Below, piece after piece: positions 38,014-50,774 of a stretch of DNA of 64,000 nucleotides. The notes beneath the pieces are model-generated. The model saw only the letters and a program-made list of their open reading frames with translations. It was not told where the DNA came from and searched no databases. Both the position numbers and the translations under genes were made by a program. This DNA comes from Hormiphora californensis (Eukaryota > Animalia > Ctenophora), in the NCBI GenBank assembly GCA_020137815.1, contig CM035351.1, forward strand, positions 9,486,001 through 9,550,000. The letters run 5' to 3'. How positions within the stretch are numbered: position 1 is the first letter of the stretch; every line of letters starts with the position of its first letter.

Positions 38014-41000
38014 TCATTCACTGCTCGATCCCCCAGAGGCCCCACCACTGCTCTCACTGTCAGAGCTACGTGCCCGGTCACCAGGAAGACTGTCCCCGTC
38101 TGAGCTGAGGAGACTGAGCTCCCGGTCACCAGGAAGACTGTCCCCGTCTGAACTGAGGAGACTGAGCTCCCGGTCACCAGGAAGACTGTCCCCGTCTGAA
38201 CTGAGGAGACTGAGCTCCCGGTCACCAGGAAGACTGTCCCCGTCTGAGCTAAGAAGACTGAGCTCCCGGTCACCAGGAATACTGTCCCCGTCTGAACTGA
38301 GGAGACTGAGCTCCCGGTCACCAGGAAGACTGTCCCCGTCTGAACTGAGGAGACTGAGCTCCCGGTCACCAGGAAGACTGTCCCCGTCTGAGCTAAGAAG
38401 ACTGAGCTCCCGGTCACCAGGAAGACTGTCCCCGTCTGAACTGAGAAGACTGAGCTCCCGGTCACCAGGAAGACTGTCCCCGTCTGAACTGAGAAGACTG
38501 AGCTCCCGGTCACCAGGAATACTGTCCCCGTCTGAACTGAGAAGACTGAGCTCCCGGTCACCAGGAAGACTGTCCCCGTCTGAGCTGAGGAGACTGAGCT
38601 CCCGGTCACCAGGAAGACTGTCCCCGTCTGAGCTAAGAAGACTGAGCTCCCGGTCACCAGGAATACTGTCCCCGTCTGAACTGAGGAGACTGAGCTCCCG
38701 GTCACCAGGAAGACTGTCCCCGTCTGAACTGAGGAGACTGAGCTCCCGGTCACCAGGAAGACTGTCCCCGTCTGAGCTGAGGAGACTGAGCTCCCGGTCA
38801 CCAGGAAGACTGTCCCCGTCTGAACTGAGGAGACTGAGCTCCCGGTCACCAGGAAGACTGTCCCCGTCTGAACTGAGGAGACTGAGCTCCCGGTCACCAG
38901 GAAGACTGTCCCCGTCTGAACTGAGGAGACTGAGCTCCCGGTCACCAGGAAGACTGTCCCCGTCTGAACTGAGGAGACTGAGCTCCCGGTCACCAGGAAG
39001 ACTGTCCCCGTCTGAACTGAGGAGACTGAGCTCCCGGTCACCAGGAAGACTGTCCCCGTCTGAACTGAGGAGACTGAGCTCCCGGTCACCAGGAAGACTG
39101 TCCCCGTCTGAACTGAGGAGACTGAGCTCCCGGTCACCAGGAAGACTGTCCCCGTCTGAACTGAGGAGACTGAGCTCCCGGTCACCAGGAAGACTGTCCC
39201 CGTCTGAGCTGAGGAGACTGAGCTCGTCACAGGAGCGCTGCCGGAGACGTGCAACATAGCGACGGGACTCTAGTAGCTGGTTCTTTGCCTGAGGAGGGAG
39301 ATGTTAGGCCAAATTGGTATACAATTCTAGGAAAATTCACATTATAATGTCTAATGAGATCAAAGGCGTGCCACGGTAAACAAGTTCTTGCGAGAATGAC
39401 AAAGTACATATTGAGAATCAGGCCATTGGTCAATGCTCTGACAGTACTGACCTGTATCATTTTATCCTGAAAGGTGGGACTGGAGGAGGGGGAGGAGAGG
39501 GGGAGTGGTGGCGGGCCTTTGTCATCGTGATAATAGGACATGCCACCCCGGTCTAGTCATCCGTAGTGATCTGAGACAGTGTGTGTCAATAATACTAGGG
39601 AAGTTTATAGGATAGAGATGCGACATGTAGTGGTCGACCATGGTCTGACAGTTAGTGGCAGCTGGTTCATTGGACTGCATGTCTCTCACCTGGATACATC
39701 AGGTCAGTCCTGTAGAATGGGAGACTGCGTCTAACCTGACAACTCCCACGAGGAATGGTCTCTAGACATGCCAGTGTCACGTCTCCCAGGTTACCTGGCC
39801 TGTCTACAGAAAACGTCTGTGCCTCCCTCATACTCGCATACACAAACGTCTCTATGTACCAACTGGGTAGGGGACATTGGGTTGTTGGGTAGTTGACAGG
39901 GTCAATTACACTTGAGTTGTTTACATAGGCAGCTCGTTGAATACCGCAATGTGTGAGTGATAACTGACAACTGTCACAACACAACTGTGGTTCAACAGCG
40001 CAATAATTGTACGGTGAATTTCCTAACTTACTGGCCCTCTATTTACACCCTAGGGGTACCAGAAGTTGAACATCAAGAAAGAGTGTTTCACTACCTGTTT
40101 GTTGAATATAAACAGGATTTACCTGTCGAACTGTAGTGTAAAGTTGGGATGACTAGACTTAGGTAAGGGCAGTACTGTCTTTGTGAATTAACATTACATA
40201 ATCACGAGACGGAGGTTCCATTTCCCCATCATCTGTAGCGGGATCCAAACATTACGTAATCATAACACGCCTGAAATATGAAGCAGCTCTCTGATTACAT
40301 CTATTAGCTGGTGGGCGATGAGATAACCAGAATAAATTTACAAATGACCATGTCAAGGGCCGGTAGACTCCGGGGGAAATAAAAATGGGTTTGGTGAGTA
40401 AGTGGTGACCCCAATTACTCAACAAAAGTTGGTGGGAATAATACTTTTGGGTGTTGTCGTACCATTTGGAATCCTATCCTGTTGAGAGCGGTATGTGTCC
40501 GTTTTATGTTATCCCAGGTACTAAAGTAGTCATTATACTCTGTATCAGGGTGGGCCCTAGTTTCTGCCAGGATCGCCTTGATCCCATCCCCAAACTGGGC
40601 AGGGAAACTCGTCCTTGCGTCCTCCTTTATACCTTCAAACAGCTTCTACAAGGGGATGTTGATAATACAGTACAAGGAATCCTTGTCAAGGATTCATATT
40701 CATATGTGCCTCATGAAGTTAATTATATACTAAGAAATTACCTTCATCAGTCCGAATTTCCGGTACTGTGGTTTGGTCATCATGTACTCAATATAGAGGA
40801 TGCCATAGGAAGGTAGCAGATTGTAGCTGATCCCTGCCAAAACCTCTAAAGTTCCTTTGTCAACCATCACCAACAGCTGTCGTGAACCATCACAGTCTAA
40901 ATGTTAACACATCAAGAAGACATGGCAATTGAAACGGCCGGCATCTCAAAGTGGGTAAAACTGCCGACAAATTAATATAAATTCAAACTCTCGATGCGGT

Positions 41001-41183
41001 ACCTGTAGATTCGGAGATGAATCCCTCGAGTGTCCCGGAAGCCATCGAAGGAAACTCGGTCATCATTCCGTAGAATTGCTCCACGTAGTAGGGGAATATC
41101 TGGGGACAGTCCTTAGCTCGGACTGTCCCCCAGCGATTGCTGGGGTCTAGTGCATCTCCACCTCCATTTGATTTGTCATCCAT
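38014..41183 (-). CDS. GNAT-family N-acetyltransferase with a C-terminal tandem-repeat tail; multi-exon, middle exons contain indels
   Basis: Spliced: MDDKSN...FISEST|DCDGSRQLLVMVDKGTLEVLAGISYNLLPSYGILYIEYMMTKPQYRKFGLMK|KLFEGIKEDAR...IKAILAETRAHP...LNRIGFQM|..YDYVM.DPA...; YIEYM.TKPQYRKFGL is a GNAT motif A. Last exon from cctcag| at about 39289: AKNQLLESRRYVARLRQRSCDE(LSLLSSDGDSLPGDRE)n...GGSSSE*. Confidence 0.7.
38073..39225. repeat. 48-bp minisatellite, about 24 copies, coding on the minus strand (16 aa per unit)
   Basis: CCCGGTCACCAGGAAGACTGTCCCCGTCTGAACTGAGGAGACTGAGCT units. Confidence 0.96.
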
Positions 41184-41544
41184 TCAGTACAACTGAGGCA
41201 GCTTGGTACGATCTAGTAACAGGGCACACACGGGTTATTGAGATGTATAGGTACAGTGTGGGGACAGTGTATCCTGTTAAACGGGGATTAGCAGGTGTTG
41301 GTGGATCTGGGTTAGATTCTATGTAAGCGTGATATCAGGAGATATACAAACAGATGTAGGTATTGAATTGACGGCTGTAAATGTTGGCCAATCAACCAGC
41401 ACAGGAAATATAATGTAACCCACCAACACTGTGGTTAACTATACAAACAGTAATCGCACCCCACGCAGTGTCAACAAGCAAAATAAATCCAAGTTAGCCG
41501 CCGCCGTGATCAGTCCAACAATAACAATGTTTAGCAGTTAGTAT

Positions 41545-41619
<75 letters not shown>

Positions 41620-41761
41620 CGGCTAGTTGAATTCGTGAGCAAAAGGAGCAACTCACGTCCCACCGGAGCCTGTAGGTAGGAAGGGATCCCGTTCAAAAAG
41701 AAATAAACGAATTCAGTAGAACATTTCTAAAAAGACAAAAGTATTACAATAACCGCAGGCC

Positions 41762-42605
41762 GGGGGGGGGACATGTTAATTTTGTTAACTTTGTTAATAT
41801 TAACATCGAAAAAACAGGTGATTTATTAACACAATTAACAAAAGTTAACAAACATTAACAAATGCCATTTATACCATCTAAAGTCCCTTTAGCACGTGTT
41901 TTTTGGTATTACACATGCTGCATGTTGTTCTGCGAACAAAGATGTTCCTTCTGCATGATTTGCATACCCCCAAGCCGTCTACTACAGCCTTCCCACAACG
42001 ATTTGTTCTATTTTGTAAATTCGAACAAAACTAGCCAACCTGAACCGCAATTGAGGTCAAATGACACTAATCCACATTTTCCAACATTAAAAACTTAATA
42101 AGACTCATAAATTTACCTTCAATCGAAAAATATCCCAAAAATAATTTTTTCTAAAAAAACACAAGGATTTGTAGCGAAGCAAATTTTCAATTTTTGACCA
42201 AAAAAAGCAATTTTGGGAATTTTTTCGTATTTTTCAAACAGAAACGTTGTACATCACTTTCTTTCGTCTGAAGAATGGATTATCAATGAAAAAATTACAT
42301 TCAAGTGACATTTTACACGCTAAATTGAAATATTCGTACTCTTTAGATTTTGATCGATTTGGAGCCAAAAAACTTGTATGTTGGACTTTTGTTATCGGAG
42401 GAGGGCTTGCATGGGTATACAAACGTTAGATACTTAGATAAGTTATTAAACTACAAAACTAAATTAGTTAAAGTCGTATTATCAACCGATAACACCAATA
42501 TTTTAGCATTTGTTAATTTTGTTAATTTTGTTAATTAACGTTAATTAACAAAATCGGAAAAAAGAGGTGATTTATTAACAATTAACATGTCCCCCCCCCC
42601 CCCCC
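41762..42605. mobile_element. 844-bp non-autonomous DNA transposon with poly-G/poly-C termini and a 9-bp TSD (Mutator-like by TSD length)
   Basis: CCGCAGGCC|GGGGGGGGGACATGTTAATT ... AATTAACATGTCCCCCCC|CCGCAGGCC; subterminal TTTGTTAA/TTAACAAA repeats; AT-rich interior with no ORF of note. Confidence 0.8.
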
Positions 42606-43127
42606 CCGCAGGCCACAACAACATCCTTATAGGTTGATGAGTAGGTAACAACTTATAGGTGACTCACCCCGGGATAACGTCACCAATAGGAAGGAAAAGA
42701 AGACAAATTTTAGGTATTGGATTTTGAGATTGTGTGATTTGGGAATGACTGGTACAGAGCAAGCCACCATACGCTTATGTAGTGGACATGATATCTAGAC
42801 CAGGGGTCCACTAGGGGCGTGGTAATACGCATCTCTCAGGACCATGTATGGGAGTATTTCGAGATTTAGACAATAAAGATGACAATTGGAAATGCAAATG
42901 AGAGTTGCAAAATATTGAGAAAGCAGGCTAGAATTATGAGGTGAAGATCAGAGCTATAGAATTATTAAGAATTTGAGAAGAGAGTCGTTTTACGTAGAAG
43001 AATCCCGGGGGATCGTCCTTTTTCGAGGAATCATATTTTACGAATTATCTTACTATGTAATGCAAAAACACCCGAAACTTGATCCCACCCATGCATGTTT
43101 GGTGGTCCCTAAATCGTCGTCATCAAG

Positions 43128-43305
43128 ATCAGATCACATCACCCAACATGCATGATCAGATCACCCTACTGAGGATCAGATCCCCCCACCCAAGATCAGA
43201 TCACCCTACTGAGGATCAGATCCCCCCACCCAAGATCAGATCATCCCATTGAGGATCATATCACCCCACCCATGATCAGATCACCCCAGTGAATATCAGA
43301 TCCCA
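43128..43305. repeat. 20/40-bp tandem repeat GATCAGATCACCCTACTGAGGATCAGATCCCCCCACCCAA
   Basis: Direct tandem copies. Confidence 0.85.
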
Positions 43306-43440
43306 CATTTCACCCAGCAGTCCACTGTGCGTGATGAGATCCCCATATAGAGTAGAAAATAGACAAAGACGACAGAGAAATTGAGATAGAAATGAAGAGA
43401 GAGAGAGGGAGAGAGAGAGATAGAGAGAGAGAGGAGAGAG

Positions 43441-43482
<42 letters not shown>

Positions 43483-43567
43483 AGAGAGGGGGGGGGGGAG
43501 GAGAGAGACAGACAGAGACAGAGACAGAGACAGAGACAGAGACAGAGACAGAGGCAGAGACAGAAAC

Positions 43568-43599
<32 letters not shown>

Positions 43600-43621
43600 T
43601 AGAGAGAGAGAGAAGAGAGAG

Positions 43622-43655
<34 letters not shown>

Positions 43656-44080
43656 ACAGACAGACACAGAGACAGCGACAGAGACAGAGACAGAGAGACA
43701 CATAGACAGAGAAACAGAGCGATACGAAAAACGAGGAATTTCCTAGGTGTTTTTAGTTTAGTGTACGTCGCTTGAGTAATCAATTAATTGTAAGCCATCC
43801 GTAGGATGGTCTGGGTCCACTAGTAATCAATAATGATTAATGGGATACCAGTCGCTGTAGATCTGATTCCCATCCGATCACATTCTTTCTTTTAGGACTC
43901 TTCCTGACCACACGCATTATAAGCTCATTGACCAGTGACCACATAAAGTTTATTTTCTCTCTCACTGCTCCCCCGCCTCTCATCTCTGTTGTTGGGACGG
44001 TGTTCATCCCGCAGGGCATGGTAAACTATAAACACGCCTCCCCAATCCTCCCAACGCGGCCAGATCTCCCTACGTGCAGG

Positions 44081-44132
<52 letters not shown>

Positions 44133-44350
44133 GCTCTCCCTCTCTCTCTCCATCTCTCTCTCTGCCCACAATTAATCATACCAATCTACCCAATCACTTT
44201 TTACAATTTTCGTTGAATAGGGTTAAAACCAGCTGGATGGGTCAATCTAATTTCCCCCACCATTTGTCCTAGTTTGAGTGCTTGTTCTGTACGGTAAAAT
44301 ATGCCATGAGTTGATCAGGACTCAGCCAATTAACTTATACTCTTGTCTAT

Positions 44351-44420
<70 letters not shown>

Positions 44421-44757
44421 ACACTCTCTTAGTCCCACTCTCTCTTTCAGTAACACTCTCACTCCCTATCACTCTCGCTCTCCCTATCGCCTACCGCGTT
44501 CAAAAGGTTTGCGACGATCGGGGGGAGCGATTGATGCCGCGTCTCCCGATAACCATTCGGTGCAGCAATGTACCAGCATACACCCTACAGTCGTTAACGG
44601 CTTTCACACCTCACCCTCTCTCTCTTGTACCCAGAGCCTTTTAAAACTCTCTCCCTCGACCCCTTCAGCTTTTTTAGTTACTGTCCCAGCTAAAGATTTT
44701 GTCGTACTCTTGCCAGTGAAGTTTTAGTTTTGAATTCAGTTGTTACTACATAGTATA

Positions 44758-44842
44758 ATGTATGGTGCGGACTCTACAAGTGACCGGTTTGATCCTTACC
44801 AGCGACCACACTCCCCCAGAACGGTACATTCGCCACACACCA

Positions 44843-44931
<89 letters not shown>

Positions 44932-44937
44932 TCTTCT

Positions 44938-44974
<37 letters not shown>

Positions 44975-45704
44975 TTTTGTGATACTGATGTAGGTCCTAT
45001 AATAGTGGGCCTAAAGAAGTGGCTTGTAGTAGTTCTGTGTGTGATTCAATATCATGTATGCCCCCAGGTGAAAAGGATTAATTCAAATGCCCGGAAGCGA
45101 CTCCGACAGCACATTGTCAATGAAGCATTTCTACAGGTAAGAAGTAACTCAGTGAGCGGGGTGTGTATGTGTTACATCCCTCTACCTGTGAGCTAGCAGG
45201 GGGCTGGGGGTATTGATATTCCCTTCGCGTCACAGTGACATTTAGACCTAATTCGAGGGAGGCGAACTTACAACATTTTCCTTCCCATTTCAGCTGAAAG
45301 ACATGGTACCGTGTAGGAGGCCCGAGAAGAAGATGTCAAAGTTACAGATACTGAAATCAGCAACCTGCTACATTGACTTTCTAACTCAGCTAGTCCATCA
45401 AGACCGACAACTGGAACGGGTAATGTGTAGCGAGAGAAGATGCATATTGCAAGATGAGACAATTATTGTACAATATTACATGTCACTAGAATTAGAGCAG
45501 TTCGACAAAAAGTTATGAGAGATGTTCGGTATCCTCCAAGTTATTGAAGGATAATAGAAGCAGCTATTAGCTAATAATAACAGTTTCCCTTCCCAGGAGC
45601 GACAAGAAAGCATGGTATCCAGTACAACAGATAGCTACAGCAGCAGTGGAGGGGGGTACGGAGAGAAGACAACCAACAGACTCTGTCACCGATCCATTGT
45701 TTGA
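44758..45704 (+). CDS. Class A (Twist/Atonal-superfamily-like) bHLH transcription factor; exons 44758-44823, 45068-45136, 45294-45419, 45597-45704
   Basis: VKRINSNARKRLRQHIVNEAFLQ|LKDMVPCRRPEKKMSKLQILKSATCYIDFLTQLV; all junctions GT-AG phase 0. Confidence 0.88.
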
Positions 45705-46802
45705 GAACCAACTACTACAGGCCTCTAGTAGGGAGATACCATGGTAACCACCCAGCTAGATGACTCTAGTAGAGAGTTATCATGCCCAGCTAGATAGACA
45801 TTATTGTGTTGCCCACCGTAACAGTTGTGAAGAGATGAAACAAGACTTGTGAACAATGGTGACATGTTTAGTGAAAAGCATCTATATTTAAAGTAAGCTT
45901 TTATTAAATTGTTTGCTATAGAGCTTTGTTTATATGAAGAAGAGCGAAACAACACACATAAAACAATGGAGCGGCACAATGAGAGAGATTCTAAAATAAA
46001 GACAACGCTAAGACTATGAGGCATGTGACTGTGTAGCTACTCAAGGTGTGGGATCAGTGCTTCTAGAATGTTAAAGAAGTGTGTGCAGCTTCTCAACACG
46101 TGTGTTCTATTAGAACTTCTAATGATCAGAGAAGATGATATTGTGCTAGGGGTGAGTGCAGGACATGTTGCCAGGAGTGATCTATACTGGATAGTGGAAG
46201 AAATACAGAAGTTCGGTCTAAAACAAACTTCCCCAAAACGACAAATCTACACACACTGACACAAACATTTCACAACTATCTCTATCCTCACCTGATTTTA
46301 TGGCGTATTGCTTACGGGGCTAATCCCTGAAGGTATCCATTGATAGCTGAGCTGTAGTTATAGCCGGCCTTTATACTTCAAGGAATCTGAAAGACGAATA
46401 AAATATTTAAAATCGGTAGTAGCACAGGATGAGACTTTAAACCCTAATTACTAACCTCGACCCTGTCTCAAACAACAAAACAAGTTATTACACAGTGTAC
46501 CTGGTTGATAGAGTCTTCCATTTAGCTATGATCCAATGTTGTTTTGTACACCATTTCTGTTGCTGAGACTTAGTGCTTCGCAAATAGGTTAGATATTGAT
46601 TAGTTAGAGTCTTAACTAGTCAAAATACTATTTGAAAGAATAAGATGGTATTTTAGAAAGGGGAGAAATAAATATTTTGGGTGACAAGTCCCATGTTCAC
46701 AGTAAACAGTTGTAGTACATGTTAAAATAGGAAGCTACACATATCATACTGAATACTGTATTGTGTCTCTTTAAGTTCATCAATAGTTCGTCATTAATAA
46801 TG

Positions 46803-48884
46803 TCACTGATACAGTACTAAGTTTAGTAGTATTATAGTGAAAGGGATGATAATAGTAGTAGAGCTGGTAGGAGCACAGCGAAGGAAGGGAGGAGACAGTA
46901 CCCACTGGACACCACTTTCACACACTTGGGAACCTTGGAGTGGGTGGGGTTAGGTTGAGGGGCCGGGGGAGTGTTTACCACTTCGAAGGGATCAGGGAAT
47001 GGGGGGGGGGGGGGTTAGAGGGGGTGGGCCCCAGGGGGTGGGTAATGGGGAGAGGGTCAGTGTTTACCACTTTACTCTTCTATTAGAAGCTAGTCTATAA
47101 CAAGAAAGTACCTGATCATCGTTCCACCGTTGTGTGGATAGACATGTAATAAGGTTGGGAGTGGTGAGGGTGTACCCTGATTGTGTACACGCCATACTGA
47201 CTATATCACCAATGTTGTAGGGAGCCGCACCGTTCACCTGAATCAAAGAGGTGAGATAGAGAGGGAGAGAGGTGGAGAGGGGGGAAGAGAGGGTCTTGAG
47301 AGGAGAAATACACCCTACATACAAGTTACAACCAAAAAAGCGGGGGAATGGGAAATAAAAAACATTCTAAAAGCACAGATAGCAAATAACGGGTCAGCAA
47401 TTATAAATGGAGGACATGATTTTCCTAACCATGACTTACCGTTGATGCAGCCTTGCTAAGACTCACACTGTCTCCCGTTGAAGGTAGGTTGGTACACCCA
47501 TCTAAAGGAGAGAGAGAGAGATGTGAATTAGGGGGAGGTTAGAAGTTAGGGGAGAAAGGTGACAAACAGAAGATGGACAGGATGCTATCACTTACCGACA
47601 CACTGTATGAGCTGCCCAGGAACTGGGGACCACCCAGAGTTAGTACACTTTGTCTTGGTCTCCGATCTCCCTGCATTCATTTGGGCAGCCCCATCCTTGC
47701 ATGTCACCCCTACCTCTACAGATGTCTGTTTAATGGGTGCCTCACCAGCAGTGGTTGACATGACCTCCCCAGGGTAGGCAATGGCCCAGTTATAGGTGGG
47801 CTTAGTGGGCAGGAGGGGGCACCCTGTTGAGCACCATGTAGTTCGGGAGGTTAGGATCAATGGGGATAGGGCTTTGGAGCTATCACCTAGTAGAGATATA
47901 GAGGTTAGACATATCCAGAGAGCTAGAGGTGCTGTATTAGGGTCAGGGAAGTGAAGAAATAGATCTCAAAACTGGGAACTGGGAAGTTGGAGGGGTGACA
48001 CATGTCTCGTTTAGAAAGGCTCTAACTATACTGACCGGAGCAGGTGATCTTTATATAGTTCTGTGGTTCTCCTGTGCTACTGTCAATCTCGTCTATTACT
48101 TCTGTATCACTGGGGGGATATTAAAACATCTGGAATTGAGGGCCTCCTGCCTGAGTATCAGAGCCCCCGTTCTCTGTCAGGCTCTGACCGCGGTTCTTTC
48201 ATTTGAAAGGTATGAGAATAGGGCCAGGCCAATGCTCTGACAGCCCGTTTTGCAATGCCCCATTTTAATTCTAGTGTCAGAGCGGCTCCCAGGGGGGGGG
48301 GGGGGGCGATGTGATAACTTACATGTATGTTAGGGCCCGGACTTCATTGCTCCAAGTTTGACTAGCAGATTTACACTTTACCAAAATGGAGGGCAAGTCA
48401 TCGTTTAGTTTCTCAGGGATAGGTAGCCACTGAACTACATCTTTAGAGGTGTCTTTATACGCGAGCTGGGGATGAGAGGGGTGTGTTAGGAGAGAGCTGG
48501 GAGGGGTGTGTTAGGAGAGAGCTGGGAGGGGAGTGTTAGGAGAGAGCTGGGAGGGGTGTGTTAGGAGAGAGCTGGGAGGGGTGTGTTAGGAGAGAGCTGG
48601 GGGTGGGAGGGGTTAGGAGAGTTTGCCAAACTCAGTTTGGGCATCAAAACATTGTGTGTGGGTGAGAAACTAAGAGGAATTCTCACAGTACATCCCACTA
48701 CAAATCTGGGGGGGGGGGTCGTTACCTCTCTGTCTATGTTGTCTCGGTTAGTTAATATCTCACAATCGTCAAATGCGCTACCCAACGATGTTATCAACAA
48801 CACTGTAGGGGATCAAACAAATTTAATAAACTGGTCAGTGTTCAAGGTACTATAAAAGTAGTGCAACTTACAAATGAGAATCAT
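46803..48884 (-). CDS. Secreted or membrane-anchored Sushi (CCP) domain protein, about 8 exons
   Basis: Signal peptide MILILLLITSLGSA; Sushi pattern GCTNLP...NGAAPYNIGDIVSMACTQSGYTLTTPNLITCLSTQRWNDDQ..PKC; second degenerate CCP (GCPLLP...VTCKDG...KCTNSGWSP...QC); hydrophobic C-terminus IIIPFTIILLNLVLYQ*. Confidence 0.65.
48463..48602 (-). repeat. 25-bp intronic tandem repeat duplicating branch point and acceptor (TCTCCTAACACACCCCTCCCAGCTC), about 5 copies
   Basis: Plus-strand unit GAGCTGGGAGGGGTGTGTTAGGAGA lies directly upstream (in gene sense) of an exon acceptor. Confidence 0.8.
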
Positions 48885-49813
48885 TGGCGAAAGGGTGAGA
48901 GAAGTTTAGTACAATTGTAAATAAAGGGAGTGTGGATTAGTGACTGGGAGAGTATTGAGGGCAGGGGGTCAGAGAGAGAGAGAGGGGGGTGTTTCCGGGA
49001 CTGGTATCAGGAGGGGATCGGGAGAGCTGCGTGTTGGTGATTGGTCTGAGTGTACCCTCTATGTTTTAAATACATTCGTTCAATGCGCATTTGGAGAGAC
49101 AATTTGTTTTGGGCACTATGAATAACACCGTGCCCAAATTATTTGTTTCTGTTTGGCAAATGCGCCTTGTTGCAGGATTATTCAAAAAACAAGAGGTTTC
49201 TTTAGAACCAATCACATTATGGTACTACAAACAGATAAGGAGAGAGAAACACACACATACAGATAGATACATGGATTATTATAGTAGGCGCAGGAACTGT
49301 ACATTAAAGTACACACTGAACCTATTTTCACATATCACACACAAAAGAAAATATTGCTAGATCCCCCAGTAAAATATCACATATTTAGTTAGCTGATCAA
49401 ATCCAAGTGAGATCTTTACTAATAAAGAGAGATTGTTACATTAACTAAAGAGAGATTGTTACATTAACTAAGGTGAGATTCTCAATGGAGCTGCCCAGCC
49501 AACGCACATTTCAATAATATCACTTGTACAACCACTTCAACCTAACAAACCTTTAAAAGAAAAAATTGGTCAGCTTAGCTCGCGTATTTTTTAATCTAGA
49601 ACCAGCTAGAAAGAATAATTAGGGCGCCACCCGGCCATTTCTTTGTTTATTGTAGGGTGGGATAGAAAAAACGGAAATAGCATTCAACCAGACCTTCAAT
49701 ATCGATGATCTATTCTCGCTCTCTCCTTACTTCATGCAAAAACACCTAGTTTACACAAAACACATTCTCTCTCTTATTAACAGAGCACGACAATCAATCA
49801 TTGTTTATAATTT

Positions 49814-50699
49814 CTATTCTCCCAGGTTTTTGAATTCTTCCAATTTAGCATCTAGGGATGCAAAGTTGAATGGTTCTCCGGTGATCTTCTCATAGATCCC
49901 AATGATGTCCTCACACGTCGTCTCAAAGTGGGTAGTGGCATCAAACGAAGATGAGATGAAGACCTGAGGGAGGTGTGGGTTTTAGGAACTAGAAATAAAT
50001 AGAAAAAAACTTGGACTCTGACTATAATTGTGGATCGAGAATTTTATCAATCACAAGAGGAACACTTACATTATCGTCCTTTCCGTCGTCATTGGGAGCC
50101 ATGATATCACTGACTGTGACGAACTTCTCAACAACAGGTCCAAGTAGTCGTAGACCAGGCTCCAACTCTGCCTCTGGGTTGGCAGTTTCAACTGTGGTAC
50201 TAACAAGGGCCACATACCAGTTTTGAGGGGCGATGTTGTGGGCAAAGCTCACACACAACACATAGATATCACTCTTCCTTCCGACCTGGGTTGTAATGGT
50301 GTGTTATTTCAGTGTTAGTTAAAAAGTGAGGGAATATAAAAAATCGTGAAGATATGGGGCTATATAGGGAAATTTTCAGTACACACGCACCTGGTTCTGT
50401 GGGATAATGATCTGGCTTGACTGGCTGTTGTTGGTGTTGGGTAGGGGTTCCCTCAACAGACAGATAGCACGTACTACCTGGCCAACCTTCTTACACTTAT
50501 CAGGGAAATAGGAGGGGTCCGCCACCACTATTTTACACTTAGCAGTCTCACCCTCGCTGGTCACACCAGTTACCTTTCCATCCTCTCCCTTAGTAATACC
50601 CTCAAATGGTTTAGACAACATGTAGGTGCCTCCATAGATAGCGGATAATCTAGGGAGGGGTGGAGGTGGAGAGAGAGAGAGAGTGAGAGAGAGAGAGAG

Positions 50700-50774
<75 letters not shown>

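Noticed and set aside
37935-39257. 440-aa ORF with TGSSVSSVQTGTVFLV repeats (antifreeze or ice-nucleation-like look)
   Set aside because: A by-product of a stop-free 48-bp repeat; a different frame has splice support and sensible flanks.
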